NCBI GenBank assembly: GCA_045656005.1
Contig: JAZOQG010000011.1
Span: 1 to 61,384 of the forward strand
DNA: 61,384 nt
Direction: 5' to 3'
Origin: Clostridia bacterium
Lineage (GTDB): Bacteria > Bacillota > Clostridia > UMGS1883 > UMGS1540
Each line of letters opens with the position of its first letter. The first letter of the stretch is position 1. Below are positions 10,550-21,377 of this stretch, in pieces. The notes under the pieces are model-generated. The model ran no database searches and had not been told where the DNA came from. It saw only the letters and a list, made by a program, of their open reading frames with translations. The position numbers and the translations under genes were made by a program.

Positions 10550-12208
10550 ATGGAAATTTCAGCATTACAAAAAGCAAGATATGAATATCAGCCAAAACTT
10601 CCCAAAATGCTCAGAAACGGCATTTCGGAAATCGCTGTTAAAGAGGGGGAGGCTACAAAAAGCGTTGCCGACTGTGAAAAAATAGAGGCACTTTTCCCGA
10701 ATACCTATGGTAAATGTGAAATCGTTTTTGAAAAAGGTACCAACACATCTGTTTCAAAAAAACAGGTAGTAGGTGTAATTCTTTCAGGCGGTCAGGCACC
10801 TGGCGGACATAACGTAATCTGCGGTCTTTACGACGCACTTAAATCCACAAATTCCGAAAACGTGCTTTATGGATTTAAAAATGGTCCTATCGGTCTTATC
10901 GAAGATAATTACATCATTTTTGATGATGAGTATATAAATGAATATAGAAATACAGGCGGATTTGATATTATCGGCTCAGGCAGAACAAAGCTCGAAACTG
11001 AGGAACAGTTTAAAATAGTTTCCGAAGTTTGCAAAAAGCATGGTATTACTGCTATTGTAATTATCGGCGGTGACGATTCAAATACAAACGCCGCAGTACT
11101 TGCAGAATATTTTGCAGCTAATAACACAGGTGTTCAGGTAATCGGTTGCCCAAAAACTATTGACGGTGACCTTAAAAACGAAGATATCGATTGTTCTTTC
11201 GGTTTTGATACAGCTACAAAAACATATAGCGAACTTATAGGAAACATCGGCAGAGATGCAAACTCCGCTAAAAAATACTGGCACTTTGTAAAGGTTATGG
11301 GACGTAGTGCATCACACGTAGCACTCGAATGCGCTCTCCAGACACAGCCTAATGTCTGCCTCATTTCCGAAGAAGTTGCAGAAAAGAAAATGTCACTTTC
11401 CGAAATCGCAGATTATATAGCAGACTCCGTATCTATGAGAGCGGCAAACGGCAACAATTTCGGTGTTGCAATCATTCCTGAAGGTGTTGTTGAATTTGTT
11501 CCTGAATTTTCAGTTTTAATTGCTGAAATAAACGAACTTTTGGCAGGCAACCGCGCAGATGCATTTAATGCACTCCCGACATGGGAAGATAAATATGAAT
11601 TTATTAAAAACGGTCTCACAAAAGAATCTATGGCAGTATTTGCTATTTTGCCACAGGGCATTCAGCAGCAGCTCTTCCTCGAAAGAGACCCGCATGGTAA
11701 CGTTCAGGTTTCCCTTATTGAATCTGAAAAACTTTTCTCAGCACTTGTAGCTGATAAGCTCGCAGAGAGAAAGAAAAACGGCACATACAGCGGAAAATTC
11801 TCACCAATTCATCACTTCTTTGGTTACGAAGGCAGATGTGCTTTCCCGTCAAACTTTGATGCTGACTACTGCTATTCTTTGGGATATAATGCGTTTATGC
11901 TTATTCAGTATGGTTATAACGGATATCTTTCCAAGGTTTCAAATCTTTCAAAACCTGCTGCAGAGTGGGTTGCAGGCGGAATGCCCATCACAAAGATGAT
12001 GAATATTGAAAGAAGACATGGTGAAGATAAACCTGTTATCAAAAAAGCACTCGTTGAACTTGACGGTGCACCGTTTAAATATTTTGAAGCGCACAGAAAA
12101 GAATGGGCAGTTGAAACTGCATATGTAAATCCGGGTGCAATTCAGTACTACGGTCCTTCCGAAGTATGTGACACTACTACAAGAACACTTGCACTTGAAA
12201 AAGAATAA
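10550..12208 (+). CDS. pfp: Pyrophosphate-dependent phosphofructokinase, long type
   Basis: [17 protein letters not shown] (Asp of the PPi-specific GGDD), [15 protein letters not shown]; SD GGAGG before ATG 10550. Confidence 0.93.
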   Translation: MEISALQKARYEYQPKLPKMLRNGISEIAVKEGEATKSVADCEKIEALFPNTYGKCEIVFEKGTNTSVSKKQVVGVILSGGQAPGGHNVICGLYDALKSTNSENVLYGFKNGPIGLIEDNYIIFDDEYINEYRNTGGFDIIGSGRTKLETEEQFKIVSEVCKKHGITAIVIIGGDDSNTNAAVLAEYFAANNTGVQVIGCPKTIDGDLKNEDIDCSFGFDTATKTYSELIGNIGRDANSAKKYWHFVKVMGRSASHVALECALQTQPNVCLISEEVAEKKMSLSEIADYIADSVSMRAANGNNFGVAIIPEGVVEFVPEFSVLIAEINELLAGNRADAFNALPTWEDKYEFIKNGLTKESMAVFAILPQGIQQQLFLERDPHGNVQVSLIESEKLFSALVADKLAERKKNGTYSGKFSPIHHFFGYEGRCAFPSNFDADYCYSLGYNAFMLIQYGYNGYLSKVSNLSKPAAEWVAGGMPITKMMNIERRHGEDKPVIKKALVELDGAPFKYFEAHRKEWAVETAYVNPGAIQYYGPSEVCDTTTRTLALEKE

Positions 12209-12258
12209 ATTTTAAAATCACCTCATATATTTTGATATAAGTAAAATATATGGGGTGA
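12203..12258 (+). promoter_or_regulatory. sigma-E-type promoter of spoIIID inside an SD-occluding hairpin
   Basis: GAATAAA-14 bp-CATATATT; 16-bp stem 12218-12233/12243-12258 whose 3' arm contains GGGGTG. Confidence 0.65.
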
Positions 12259-12262
12259 AATT

Positions 12263-12526
12263 GTGAAAGATTACATTTCAGAGAGAGCGTTGTCTCTTGC
12301 TCATTTTATTGTTGATAATAAAGCAACAGTAAGATGCGCCGCCAAACATTTTGGTGTCTCAAAATCTACAGTACATAAAGACATAGTAGAGCGCCTGCCT
12401 GAAATTAATAAAGGTATGGCGGCAGAAATAAAAGAAATTTTAGAGGAAAATAAGGCAGAACGCCACATAAGAGGCGGAATTGCCACCAGAGAGAAGTATA
12501 AAAAATTAAAGAGCAGTGACAAATGA
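12263..12526 (+). CDS. spoIIID: Sporulation transcriptional regulator SpoIIID
   Basis: MKDYISER...ATVRCAAKHFGVSKSTVHKD...ERHIRGGIATREKY. Confidence 0.96.
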   Translation: MKDYISERALSLAHFIVDNKATVRCAAKHFGVSKSTVHKDIVERLPEINKGMAAEIKEILEENKAERHIRGGIATREKYKKLKSSDK

Positions 12527-12544
12527 TTTTTGTCACTGCTCTTT
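12508..12544. terminator. Bidirectional terminator between spoIIID and clpC
   Basis: AAAGAGCAGTGACAAA / TTTGTCACTGCTCTTT 16-bp inverted repeat. Confidence 0.8.
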
Positions 12545-12548
12545 TAAA

Positions 12549-14972
12549 CTACTGTTTTTCTATGCTCCACTTATCGTCTTTAAATACGATTTTTATGCTG
12601 TCGCCTTCCGAAACATTGCCTTCAAGCATTTCATTTGCAAGCATATCTTCTATTTTTGAAGATATAGCCCTTCGAAGAGGTCTTGCACCATAAGTGATGT
12701 CAAAACCTACTTCTGAAATTTTTTCAATAGCACTGTCGTCAAACTCTGCCGTGATGCCATTTTGAAAAAGTCTTTCTTTAAGAGAGGAGAGCATAAGTGA
12801 TGCAATTTCCTTTATATCATCTTTTCCCAGACGGCTAAAAACAATAATATCGTCAATTCTGTTTAAGAATTCAGGACGGAAAGTGCGTTTAAGCTCTGCT
12901 AAAACATCATTTTTTATTGCTTCCTGCTGCTCGCCTTGAGAAGACTCGCCAAAGCCTAAGTGCTTTCGGCTTGTAATGTCTCGGGCTCCTACATTTGATG
13001 TCATAATTATAATTGTGTTTCGAAAATCCACACGTTTTCCCTGCGAATCAGTCAGGATACCATCGTCAAGTATCTGCAAAAGAATGTTAAATACGTCAGG
13101 ATGAGCCTTTTCAATTTCGTCAAAGAGGAGTACTGAGTAAGGCTTCCTTCTTACTTTTTCAGTAAGTTGTCCACCCTCATCAAAACCCACATATCCCGGA
13201 GGTGAGCCTACAAGTCTTGAAACAGAATGTTTTTCCATGTATTCTGACATGTCAATTCTTATCATAGCATCATCGTCACCAAAAAGTGCAGATGCTATAG
13301 CCTTTGAAAGCTCTGTCTTACCAACACCTGTGGGACCCAAGAAAATAAATGAGCCTATTGGGCGCTTGGGGTCACGCAGTCCCACTCTTCCGCGTCTTAT
13401 CGCTCTTGATACAGAGGATACTGCCTCGTGTTGACCTATTACACGCTCGTGCAAAATGTTTTCAAGATTTAAAAGCCTTTCGCCTTCTTCCTGACAAAGA
13501 CGCTGAGCGGGAACTCCTGTCCAGGATGAAACGATTGCTGCAATATCCTCTTCTGAGATTTCAGATTTTGTAACTGCACGTTCTTTTTGCCACTGTTCAT
13601 TAAGCGAGGAAAGAGTTTCTGTAAGATTTTTTTCTTCGTCACGAAGTTTTGCCGCTTTTTCAAATTCCTGATTTTCTACCGCACTGTCCTTTTCCTTTTT
13701 GAGGGTTGCAATTTTTTCTTCCGTTTCCTTGATTGATGGGGGAGCGGTAAGGGTCGTAAGACGTGCACGCGATGCCGCTTCGTCAATTAAATCAATCGCT
13801 TTGTCAGGGAGAAAACGGTCCGTGATATATCTTTGTGAGAGCTTTACTGCGGAAGAAATTGCCGCATCAGTAATTTTTATTCCGTGATGAGCTTCGTATT
13901 TGTCTCTTATGCCCTTTAAAATTTCAATAGCCTCTTCCTCTGTTGGCTCGTTTACATTAACGGGCTGAAATCTTCTTTCCAAAGCCGCATCTTTTTCTAT
14001 ATATTTTCTGTATTCAGAAATTGTTGTAGCACCTATAACCTGCATTTCGCCTCTTGCAAGGGATGGTTTTAAAATGTTGGAAGCGTCAATAGCACCTTCT
14101 GCCGCACCTGCACCGACTATTGTATGCATTTCGTCAATAAAAAGGATAACATTTCCCGATGCAGTTACCTCATCCATTGCTTTTTTGAGGCGGTCTTCAA
14201 ATTCGCCACGGTATTTTGCACCTGCAACCATTGATGAAAGGTCAAGTGCAAATACTCGTTTGTTCTTTAAAACTTCAGGAATGTCGCCCGCCACAATTCT
14301 CTGTGCAAGTCCTTCAACAACTGCGGTTTTTCCGACACCCGGCTCACCTATAAGACAGGGATTATTTTTTGTTCTTCTCGATAAAATCTGAACAACTCGT
14401 TCAATTTCTTTATCTCTGCCGATAACAGGGTCAAACTTGCCGTCTGCGGCACTTTTTGTAAGGTCGCGTCCGAATTGATTTAATGTGGGAGTGTCTTTTC
14501 CGCCTTCGCTTTTTTGTGAAGCGGTACCCTTTGATGAAATGTGCTTTAAAATTTCTTCGTAAAGAGCCTGACTGCTTATGCCAAGCTCTGATAAAACTGC
14601 AACTGCAACAGAACTTCCCTCTTTGATTATTGCAAGGAGAAGATGCTCTGTTCCAATAAGTGAGCTTCCGCTTTTCCCGGCTTCAAGTAATGCAATCTCT
14701 AAAATTTTCTTGCTTCTTGGGGTAAATCCTGTCAATGTAACTAAGGCACCTTCGTTTGTTTCAACAAGCTGACGCACCTTTTCCAAAACTTTATCTTCTG
14801 TAACACCAAACCCTGATAAAACCTCAGCGGCAACTCCGCTTTCTTCTCTTATGAGTCCTAAAAGCAGATGCTCTGTTCCTATATAATTGTGACCAAGCTC
14901 CATAGCCGAGCTTTGAGAAAGCCTTAAGGCAGTAGCTGCTTTGTCAGTAAATCTTTCTTCAAAGTTGTTCAT
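12549..14972 (-). CDS. clpC: ATP-dependent Clp protease ATPase ClpC
   Basis: Clp N repeats, two AAA+ modules ([16 protein letters not shown]), UVR coiled coil; in the ctsR operon. Confidence 0.97.
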   Translation of the reverse strand: MNNFEERFTDKAATALRLSQSSAMELGHNYIGTEHLLLGLIREESGVAAEVLSGFGVTEDKVLEKVRQLVETNEGALVTLTGFTPRSKKILEIALLEAGKSGSSLIGTEHLLLAIIKEGSSVAVAVLSELGISSQALYEEILKHISSKGTASQKSEGGKDTPTLNQFGRDLTKSAADGKFDPVIGRDKEIERVVQILSRRTKNNPCLIGEPGVGKTAVVEGLAQRIVAGDIPEVLKNKRVFALDLSSMVAGAKYRGEFEDRLKKAMDEVTASGNVILFIDEMHTIVGAGAAEGAIDASNILKPSLARGEMQVIGATTISEYRKYIEKDAALERRFQPVNVNEPTEEEAIEILKGIRDKYEAHHGIKITDAAISSAVKLSQRYITDRFLPDKAIDLIDEAASRARLTTLTAPPSIKETEEKIATLKKEKDSAVENQEFEKAAKLRDEEKNLTETLSSLNEQWQKERAVTKSEISEEDIAAIVSSWTGVPAQRLCQEEGERLLNLENILHERVIGQHEAVSSVSRAIRRGRVGLRDPKRPIGSFIFLGPTGVGKTELSKAIASALFGDDDAMIRIDMSEYMEKHSVSRLVGSPPGYVGFDEGGQLTEKVRRKPYSVLLFDEIEKAHPDVFNILLQILDDGILTDSQGKRVDFRNTIIIMTSNVGARDITSRKHLGFGESSQGEQQEAIKNDVLAELKRTFRPEFLNRIDDIIVFSRLGKDDIKEIASLMLSSLKERLFQNGITAEFDDSAIEKISEVGFDITYGARPLRRAISSKIEDMLANEMLEGNVSEGDSIKIVFKDDKWSIEKQ

Positions 14973-15961
14973 TTTATCACTCCTTTAATAATTTCTGCCC
15001 TTTTTATGTCACGCTTTTCAGCATTGTTTTCCTTTAAATGACAGGGTGAAGTTTCAATCCATAATTTTTTAAGTTTTAATAAATCTGTTTCCAAAAGACC
15101 GAGATAGTGCCCAAGCCTTACAAGGGATTGTAAACTCAAAAATTCACTTGTGCTTATCATGAAAGCTGAGCTTATTATCCCGTTGGCTCTTAAAATTTTG
15201 TCTTTAAGCTGAGAAGAAATGTTTTCCTTCATTTTTTCTCTTAAATTTCCTTCTGCACTTATTATCATATCCATAATCTGGGAAAATTTATCAAGAATAT
15301 CTTTTGCGTTTACACCCAAAGTTATCTGGTTTGAAATCTGAAAAATATTTCCCGGTGCATCACTGCCCTCACCATAAAAGCCTCGAACAGTCATTCCCTC
15401 GTTTGCACATTCTCTTAAAAGCTGGGGGATAGCTCCCGAAAGGGAAAGTGCAGGCAAATGCATCATTGCAGAGATACGCATTGCAGTTCCGCAGTTCGTG
15501 GGGCAGGAGGTTAAATATCCATATTTTTCGTGGTATGCAAATTTAAGGCGTTCTCTTAAAAGAGCATCGATTTTTCCGGCGGTGTCAAGCGTTTTTTCGC
15601 TGTCAAGTCCTGCAGCAAAGCATTGAATTCTTATGTGGTCCTCCTCATTTATCATAATAGAAACCGACATGTCCTTTGACACTAATGCAATCCTTTTAAG
15701 GTGAGAAGGCTTAAATGCAGGCGAAATCAGATGCTTTTCTATAAGGCTTCCAATAGTAGCCTCATCAGTTTTTTCAAGGTCATAAATGTCGTAGTCGGAT
15801 ATAATTGGCTTTATAGCATCGAGCACCATGTCCGAAACAGCAACACTTTGTTCACGGCTCATAGAAGACGGGAAATTAATTCCCGCTATGTTTCTTGCAA
15901 GACGGACCCTTGTGGAAAAAACATATTCGTCTAAAGTCCCCTTTTCCTGATACCAGCTCAT
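14969..15961 (-). CDS. mcsB: Protein arginine kinase McsB
   Basis: [27 protein letters not shown]; operon position. Confidence 0.93.
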   Translation of the reverse strand: MSWYQEKGTLDEYVFSTRVRLARNIAGINFPSSMSREQSVAVSDMVLDAIKPIISDYDIYDLEKTDEATIGSLIEKHLISPAFKPSHLKRIALVSKDMSVSIMINEEDHIRIQCFAAGLDSEKTLDTAGKIDALLRERLKFAYHEKYGYLTSCPTNCGTAMRISAMMHLPALSLSGAIPQLLRECANEGMTVRGFYGEGSDAPGNIFQISNQITLGVNAKDILDKFSQIMDMIISAEGNLREKMKENISSQLKDKILRANGIISSAFMISTSEFLSLQSLVRLGHYLGLLETDLLKLKKLWIETSPCHLKENNAEKRDIKRAEIIKGVIK

Positions 15962-16398
15962 TGTGATCCTCCTTCCAAAGAACGTATTTCGTCGCGAAGC
16001 TCAGCTGCTTTTTCAAAGTTTTCGCACTCTATTGCATCACGAAGCTCTATTTTTAATTTGTCAAGCTTTGAAGGAACAGAAGTCATGTCACCTTTGTGGC
16101 TTGAGGTTTTATGAATTTTTTTAAGAATACTTTCAACAGAATCTGAGAAAGCGCCATAACAGTCAGGACATGCAAATCTTCCCGTTTTCCTGTAAAAGTC
16201 AAAATCGTGTTTGCATGTAGGGCACACGGCTTTTTGAGTACTCTTTGATGGAGGAGCGAAGAACGAGAAAAAGTTCCCGCTTACAATTCCTTCTTCTCCT
16301 GCACAAATAGGGCAGAGAAATATTTCTTTCACACTTCCGTTTATGTTTTGTTTAAAGTGAACAGTTGCAGTATTTTTTTTGCATTTTTCACAAAGCAT
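15958..16398 (-). CDS. mcsA: McsA (UvrB/C motif zinc protein)
   Basis: MLCEKC...LCPICA...CPTC...CPDCY and C-terminal ENFEKAAELRDEI; start placed at 16398 by SD. Confidence 0.92.
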   Translation of the reverse strand: MLCEKCKKNTATVHFKQNINGSVKEIFLCPICAGEEGIVSGNFFSFFAPPSKSTQKAVCPTCKHDFDFYRKTGRFACPDCYGAFSDSVESILKKIHKTSSHKGDMTSVPSKLDKLKIELRDAIECENFEKAAELRDEIRSLEGGSQ

Positions 16399-16412
16399 TA
16401 ATATCATCCTTT

Positions 16413-16859
16413 CTAAATTAAGTTTGCGAGCATGTTTTTGAAAATAACAGCTCTTATAGTGTCGCATACATTTCTTGGAAACGGCAGAGATTTTGAAGAT
16501 ACTGCCGCCAGCATTATTTTAAGTTCGCGTTCTGTTATGTGACCGTACTCGTACATGTTTGAGGCTATTGCCTTTGCAGACTGAAAATCAAGTGTGTTTC
16601 CAATACTGTTTATAACGTGCATAATATATTCGTTTTCAGGAACGGATATGCGTGAAATTCTTACAAATCCGCCGCCGCCACGTCTGCTTTCAACAATGTA
16701 TCCGCGCTCCGTTGTAAAACGGGTTGAGATAACATAGTTTATCTGGGAGGGGACGCACCCGAAATATTGAGCCAAATCGTTTCTTCCTATTTCAACTTCT
16801 CCGCTTTCTTCTTCAAGTAGTTTTATTATAAATTTTTCTATTCCGTCACTTAGTTTCAT
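16413..16859 (-). CDS. ctsR: Class III stress gene repressor CtsR
   Basis: LSDGIEKFI...FGCVPSQINYVISTRF...ESRRGGGGFVRI. Confidence 0.95.
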   Translation of the reverse strand: MKLSDGIEKFIIKLLEEESGEVEIGRNDLAQYFGCVPSQINYVISTRFTTERGYIVESRRGGGGFVRISRISVPENEYIMHVINSIGNTLDFQSAKAIASNMYEYGHITERELKIMLAAVSSKSLPFPRNVCDTIRAVIFKNMLANLI

Positions 16860-16890
16860 AATGACCTCCTTTTTACAAAATTAAATAAAA

Positions 16891-16914
16891 TTGACTTTGA
16901 CTTTCTTTGACTTT
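16891..16914 (-). promoter_or_regulatory. CtsR operator (tandem heptads)
   Basis: Minus strand AGTCAAA-GAA-AGTCAAA-GTCAA matches RGTCAAA-NAN-RGTCAAA. Confidence 0.85.
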
Positions 16915-16928
16915 AACTTTGTAACCAT

Positions 16929-16957
16929 AGTATAACACCTGTTTTTTCCTTTGTCAA
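16929..16957 (-). promoter_or_regulatory. sigma-A promoter of the ctsR operon
   Basis: TTGACA-17 bp-TATACT on the minus strand. Confidence 0.8.
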
Positions 16958-16975
16958 TACTTTTTTATAAAAAAA

Positions 16976-16993
16976 TTGACTTTCTTTGACTTT
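16976..16993 (-). promoter_or_regulatory. Second CtsR box upstream of the -35
   Basis: Minus strand AGTCAAA-GAA-AGTCAAT. Confidence 0.7.
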
Positions 16994-17024
16994 TGTTTAA
17001 ATAATGAAAAAAGCTACAGTAAAA

Positions 17025-17969
17025 TTACTGTAGCTCTAATAGTTCTTTTTGCTTTTTGGGGGCAAATTTCGGTAATACCAGCCTGAATGCATCAGGTATA
17101 ACCTCAAATTCTGTTTTGCCTGCATCAAAAATTTCTCCGTCAACGCATATGCGCATATCTCCGTTAAGTGGAGTTATTGTAGCTTTTTTTGCATTTTGCG
17201 AAGAAATTATATTTTGTATGTTTTTAAGTTTTGTGTGAGTACCCTTCATGTAAAAAGGGAGCAGGCTTATAAATTTAAGCCTTGAAATGTTTCTTATAAT
17301 ATTTATATTCATCACACCGTCCGAAACATTTGAAAGGGGATTGCTTTTTATTCCGCCCCCGCAATATGAACCGTTGGCAAGAGAGGTCAAAAGAAGTTTT
17401 CCATGATGTACGGCTTTTCCGTCAATCTCTATAAAAAGATTTGCACCTTTCTTTTTTATGAGCATAATGAGGATAGAAATAAAATATGCAAAGGACCCTC
17501 GCAGGAAAGTGTTTTTTTTAATGCGGGAAGTTTTGTACGCAACATTGCAGTCAAAACCGATGTTAAACATGTTGGCACAGTAACCCGATTTGTCAGAGGT
17601 TTTATACATTATTGCATCGCAAGTCATGGTTTCGCCCAGAAACTGTGCCTGAACGCTTTCAAAGTAACAACCTTTGAAATTTCGGCAAAAATCGTTGCCC
17701 GTGCCTATGGGCATAACACCTGCCTCGCTGCCTGATTTATTTATAACTGCATTTAAAACTTCCGAAAAAGTTCCGTCACCGCCACAGGCAATAAATCTTG
17801 CACTGCCCGCATATTCTTTAACAAAACGTGTGGCATCGCCCTGACATTTTGTAACGTAACATTCTGTCTCTTTTCCAAGTTGTTCAGCTGCAGAATAAAT
17901 GTCGCTTATTAATTTTTTGGTTTTTTTGCCTTTTCCTGCCGTGGGATTTATAACGAATACTGTTTTCAT
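17025..17969 (-). CDS. Diacylglycerol/lipid kinase family protein (YegS/BmrU-like)
   Basis: INPTAGKG, ACGGDGTFSEV, GTGNDF, VDGE. Confidence 0.9.
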   Translation of the reverse strand: MKTVFVINPTAGKGKKTKKLISDIYSAAEQLGKETECYVTKCQGDATRFVKEYAGSARFIACGGDGTFSEVLNAVINKSGSEAGVMPIGTGNDFCRNFKGCYFESVQAQFLGETMTCDAIMYKTSDKSGYCANMFNIGFDCNVAYKTSRIKKNTFLRGSFAYFISILIMLIKKKGANLFIEIDGKAVHHGKLLLTSLANGSYCGGGIKSNPLSNVSDGVMNINIIRNISRLKFISLLPFYMKGTHTKLKNIQNIISSQNAKKATITPLNGDMRICVDGEIFDAGKTEFEVIPDAFRLVLPKFAPKKQKELLELQ

Positions 17970-18030
17970 AAAATCCTCCCTAGCTTTTCCTTATCCCTAT
18001 ATAAATCTAAAATAACGTCAATATGCTTAA

Positions 18031-18095
18031 ATTCTAGCATAATAGTGACAAAACGTCAATAATTTGTTGACAAAACAAAATTAAAATGGTATTAT
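18031..18095. promoter_or_regulatory. Back-to-back sigma-A promoters
   Basis: Minus TTGACG-17-TAGAAT (18059-18031); plus TTGACA-17-TATTAT (18067-18095). Confidence 0.65.
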
Positions 18096-18118
18096 TTCGG
18101 TTGAAGGGAGTGTTTTTA

Positions 18119-19618
18119 ATGTTTGAAAAGGTAACCCCCGAAAGGGTGGGTGTTTCATCGGAACACGTTAAAAAATATATAGAGCTTTTGGAAAAAGCAA
18201 ATCTTTCAACACATAATGTGGTAATGATAAGACATGGTAAAATTTTTTATGAGGCTTACTGGAAGCCTTTTCATAAAGATTTTTTACATAGAATGTACTC
18301 TGTTTCAAAAAGTTTTGTGTCAATTGCGATAGGACTTTTGGCAGGAGACGGTCTTATAGACCTTGATGCACCCATGGTTTCATATATTGACGAGTCTTAT
18401 ATAAAAAACGCAAATAAATATGTAAAAAAGCAAACAATCCGTGATATGCTTATGATGTGTACGGGTTATCCAAAAGAACAGGTGGCATTTTTCCGCCGTA
18501 AACCTGAGGACAGACTTTTGGATTATTTCGACAGCTCATCTTCTGATGGTTATGTAGCGAGTTACCCTGGCTCGATTTTTTCTTATGACAGTCACGGCTC
18601 TTTTGTACTTGGCGCAATAGTGGAAATTGTTACGGGCAAAAAACTTATGGACTTTTTGAGAGAACGTATATTTGATAAAATCGGAGTTTCCAAAGAGGCT
18701 TATTGTCTTACATGCCCCGGCGGTCATTCATGGGGCGACAGTGCAGTTTTGTGTAAGGCACGCGACCTTGCAAAAATGTGTCAGTTTATGCTCCGGCAAG
18801 GTGAGTGGGAAGGCGAGCAGCTTCTTGATAAGAATTATGCAGAGAAAGCCACCTCAAATCTCGTTTCAACCGATCAGGTCGGTCACCTCATTCCAGGAGC
18901 TTATGGTTATGGTTATCAGTTCTGGAGAACAAGAAACAATAGCTTTTACTTCAATGGCATGGGCTCGCAGTATGGCATATGTATCCCCGATAAGGATATG
19001 ATATTTGTAGTAAATTCCGATAATCAGGGGCATCCAAGACCTGATATGGTAATTATCGACCGCTTTTTTGAAGAAATAGTTGAAAAAGCGAAGGATGAGC
19101 CATTGCCGGAAAATAAAGAAGCTTATGATGCAATATGTGAAATGGCAGAAAACCTTGAGCTTTTTTCGCTTAAAAATGAGATAACTCAAAATTTTTCAGA
19201 TAAAATAAACGGCAAAGAATATAGACTTGAAGAAAACCCGATGGGTATTACGAAAATGAAGTTTACATTTGAAAATAATGAAGGAAAGCTTGAATATACA
19301 AATGCACAGGGAGATAAAACTATTTATTTCGGAATAGGAAAAAATGTTTTCGGAAAATTTCCGCAGGAAGGGTATGCAGATGATGTTGCAACAAAGTTTG
19401 CACCCGGAAATTATTATGATTGTGCCGCATCCGCTTTCTGGAGTCACGAAGACTGCCTTACAATGCTTGTTCAGATTATTGATAAGTATTTCGGCAGACT
19501 TCATGTCCGCTTTGCGTTTAAAGAAAACGGCGAAAAAATAGTTTTGTTTATGGATAAGATAGCAGAAGATTTTCTTTCGGAATATGAAGGATATGCAGAA
19601 GGCATTGCTGTAAATTAA
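18119..19618 (+). CDS. Serine hydrolase, beta-lactamase/PBP-like fold
   Basis: YSVSKS (SxxK), FSYDS, YGYGYQFW, GMGSQ; no signal peptide. Confidence 0.85.
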   Translation: MFEKVTPERVGVSSEHVKKYIELLEKANLSTHNVVMIRHGKIFYEAYWKPFHKDFLHRMYSVSKSFVSIAIGLLAGDGLIDLDAPMVSYIDESYIKNANKYVKKQTIRDMLMMCTGYPKEQVAFFRRKPEDRLLDYFDSSSSDGYVASYPGSIFSYDSHGSFVLGAIVEIVTGKKLMDFLRERIFDKIGVSKEAYCLTCPGGHSWGDSAVLCKARDLAKMCQFMLRQGEWEGEQLLDKNYAEKATSNLVSTDQVGHLIPGAYGYGYQFWRTRNNSFYFNGMGSQYGICIPDKDMIFVVNSDNQGHPRPDMVIIDRFFEEIVEKAKDEPLPENKEAYDAICEMAENLELFSLKNEITQNFSDKINGKEYRLEENPMGITKMKFTFENNEGKLEYTNAQGDKTIYFGIGKNVFGKFPQEGYADDVATKFAPGNYYDCAASAFWSHEDCLTMLVQIIDKYFGRLHVRFAFKENGEKIVLFMDKIAEDFLSEYEGYAEGIAVN

Positions 19619-19623
19619 AATAT

Positions 19624-19652
19624 ATGGGCTGTGATAAAAAATCACAGCCCAT
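19624..19652. terminator. Bidirectional terminator
   Basis: ATGGGCTGTGAT-aaaaa-ATCACAGCCCAT. Confidence 0.75.
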
Positions 19653-20817
19653 TATTATTTTTAGAAATAATCTTATCTCCATATTTGTGCTTAATATCAT
19701 CAATGCAGTTTTCAAGTTTTAAAAGTTTTTCAGTTTCTTCGGTGCTCTGAAAGAGAGAAGTTTGAATATGTGTGTCCGAATGAATCAGGTTTACCGCAGT
19801 AACGGTAACGGCTCTTATATCATTTTCCCATTTATATCTTGCTTCAAAAAGCTCTGCTGCAGCGCGTGCCAAAAGGGTGCTGCTTTGAGTGGGAGAATCG
19901 AGTGTGGTGCGAAATTCTCGTGATGAAAAAAGGCAGTCTTTTATGGTTACCGATACTCCGCACGCTAAAAGTGAGCGCCTTTTAAGTTTTGCTGAAATTT
20001 CTTCTGTAAGAAAATTTATGAGCCTTGTAACTTCCTCAGAGGATTTTAAGTCATGAGGGGTGGTGGCACCGTGCCCAACGCTTTTTACTTCCTCCTGGTT
20101 TTCCACAGAAACCACAGGAGATAAGTCGAGCCCGTTTGCATATTGCCACAAAACTTCTCCGTTTTTTCCGAGCCAGCTTTTAAGACATGTTATATCTGAA
20201 AGCGCAATGTCACCGATTGTGTTGATGTTGTGCTTTTTTAAAATATTGTTCGTAGCCCTTCCAACCCCAAGTAAATCAGATGCAGGGAGAGACCATATTT
20301 TTTTAAAATTATCTTTTGATATAACTGTCACGGCATCAGGTTTTTTCATATCTGATGCCAGTTTTGCAAAAATTTTGTTAAACGAAACTCCCACCGATAC
20401 AGTAAGCCCGGTTTCGCTTTTGACCTTTTTCCTTATTTTGTGTGCAATTTCTTCTCCGCTTCCGAAAAGTGATGTGCTTCCCGTTACATCAAGCCAACAT
20501 TCGTCAATTCCGAAAGGCTCTATCATATCCGTAAAAGAATAATAAATCTTTCTCACAATTTCTGAGTATCTGTAATATGAAGGAAAATCAGGCTCTACTA
20601 TTATAAGCTGGGGACATTTAGCCTTTGCCTGCCATATAACATCTCCTGTTTTTATGCCATATTTTTTAGCATTTTGATTTTTTGCAAGCACTATTCCGTG
20701 GCGGTTTGCACCTGAGCCGCAAACTGCAAGGCAGGAATTTTTAAGCTCAGGATTTTTAACACATTCAACGCTTGCATAAAAATTATTTAAATCGCTGTGA
20801 AGAATAATTCTTTCCAT
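19642..20817 (-). CDS. dinB: Y-family DNA polymerase IV
   Basis: ILHSDLNNFYASVE, GIDECWLD, SVGVSFNKIFAKLASDMKKPD. Confidence 0.93.
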   Translation of the reverse strand: MERIILHSDLNNFYASVECVKNPELKNSCLAVCGSGANRHGIVLAKNQNAKKYGIKTGDVIWQAKAKCPQLIIVEPDFPSYYRYSEIVRKIYYSFTDMIEPFGIDECWLDVTGSTSLFGSGEEIAHKIRKKVKSETGLTVSVGVSFNKIFAKLASDMKKPDAVTVISKDNFKKIWSLPASDLLGVGRATNNILKKHNINTIGDIALSDITCLKSWLGKNGEVLWQYANGLDLSPVVSVENQEEVKSVGHGATTPHDLKSSEEVTRLINFLTEEISAKLKRRSLLACGVSVTIKDCLFSSREFRTTLDSPTQSSTLLARAAAELFEARYKWENDIRAVTVTAVNLIHSDTHIQTSLFQSTEETEKLLKLENCIDDIKHKYGDKIISKNNNGL

Positions 20818-20843
20818 TTTTTTCAGTTTCCTTTAAAAAAGTG

Positions 20844-20930
20844 TTGACAAATTTAAAAAGTTATTGTAATATAAAGGCGAAAGATACTTTCGTCTTTATT
20901 AATTATAATGTAAATGTGTTGCGTTGTCAA
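20844..20930. promoter_or_regulatory. Face-to-face promoters of xre and dinB with a central palindromic operator candidate
   Basis: Plus TTGACA(20844)-17-TAATAT; minus TTGACA(20930)-17-TATAAT; palindrome ATAAAGGCGAAAG-ata-CTTTCGTCTTTAT at 20871-20899. Confidence 0.7.
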
Positions 20931-20958
20931 CAATAATTTTCAAAAGGAGAAATATGTT

Positions 20959-21354
20959 ATGAAATTTTGCGACAAGGTAAAAAATCTTCGTAAGGAGATT
21001 GGAATAAGTCAGGAACTGCTTGCAGAAAAAATCGGTGTTTCAAAGAGGACTGTACAAAATTATGAAACAGCTGATATGTATCCTAAAAGCCGCGAAATAT
21101 ATAAAAAACTGGCAGATACATTTTCTGTTGATGTAAATTATCTTCTTACTGAGGATGAAAAGTTTATTTCTGAGGCAAAAAACCGCTATGGCAGAAGTGG
21201 GGAAATTGATGCGAAGGAGCTTGTGGGAAGTATATCGGCACTTTTCTCGGGCGGTCAGCTTCCCGAGGAAGATAAGGATGCCGTAATGCGGGCAATCAGC
21301 GATGCTTACTGGACTGCGAAAGAAGAAAATAAGAAATACGCTTCAAGAAAATAA
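20959..21354 (+). CDS. XRE-family HTH repressor (ImmR-like)
   Basis: KVKNLRKEIGISQELLAEKIGVSKRTVQNYET; SD AGGAG. Confidence 0.9.
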   Translation: MKFCDKVKNLRKEIGISQELLAEKIGVSKRTVQNYETADMYPKSREIYKKLADTFSVDVNYLLTEDEKFISEAKNRYGRSGEIDAKELVGSISALFSGGQLPEEDKDAVMRAISDAYWTAKEENKKYASRK

Positions 21355-21377
21355 GGGGAGCGGGAAGAAGGTTAAAT

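Noticed and set aside
20818-20958. LexA (Cheo) box upstream of dinB
   Set aside because: No GAAC-N4-GTTC on either strand
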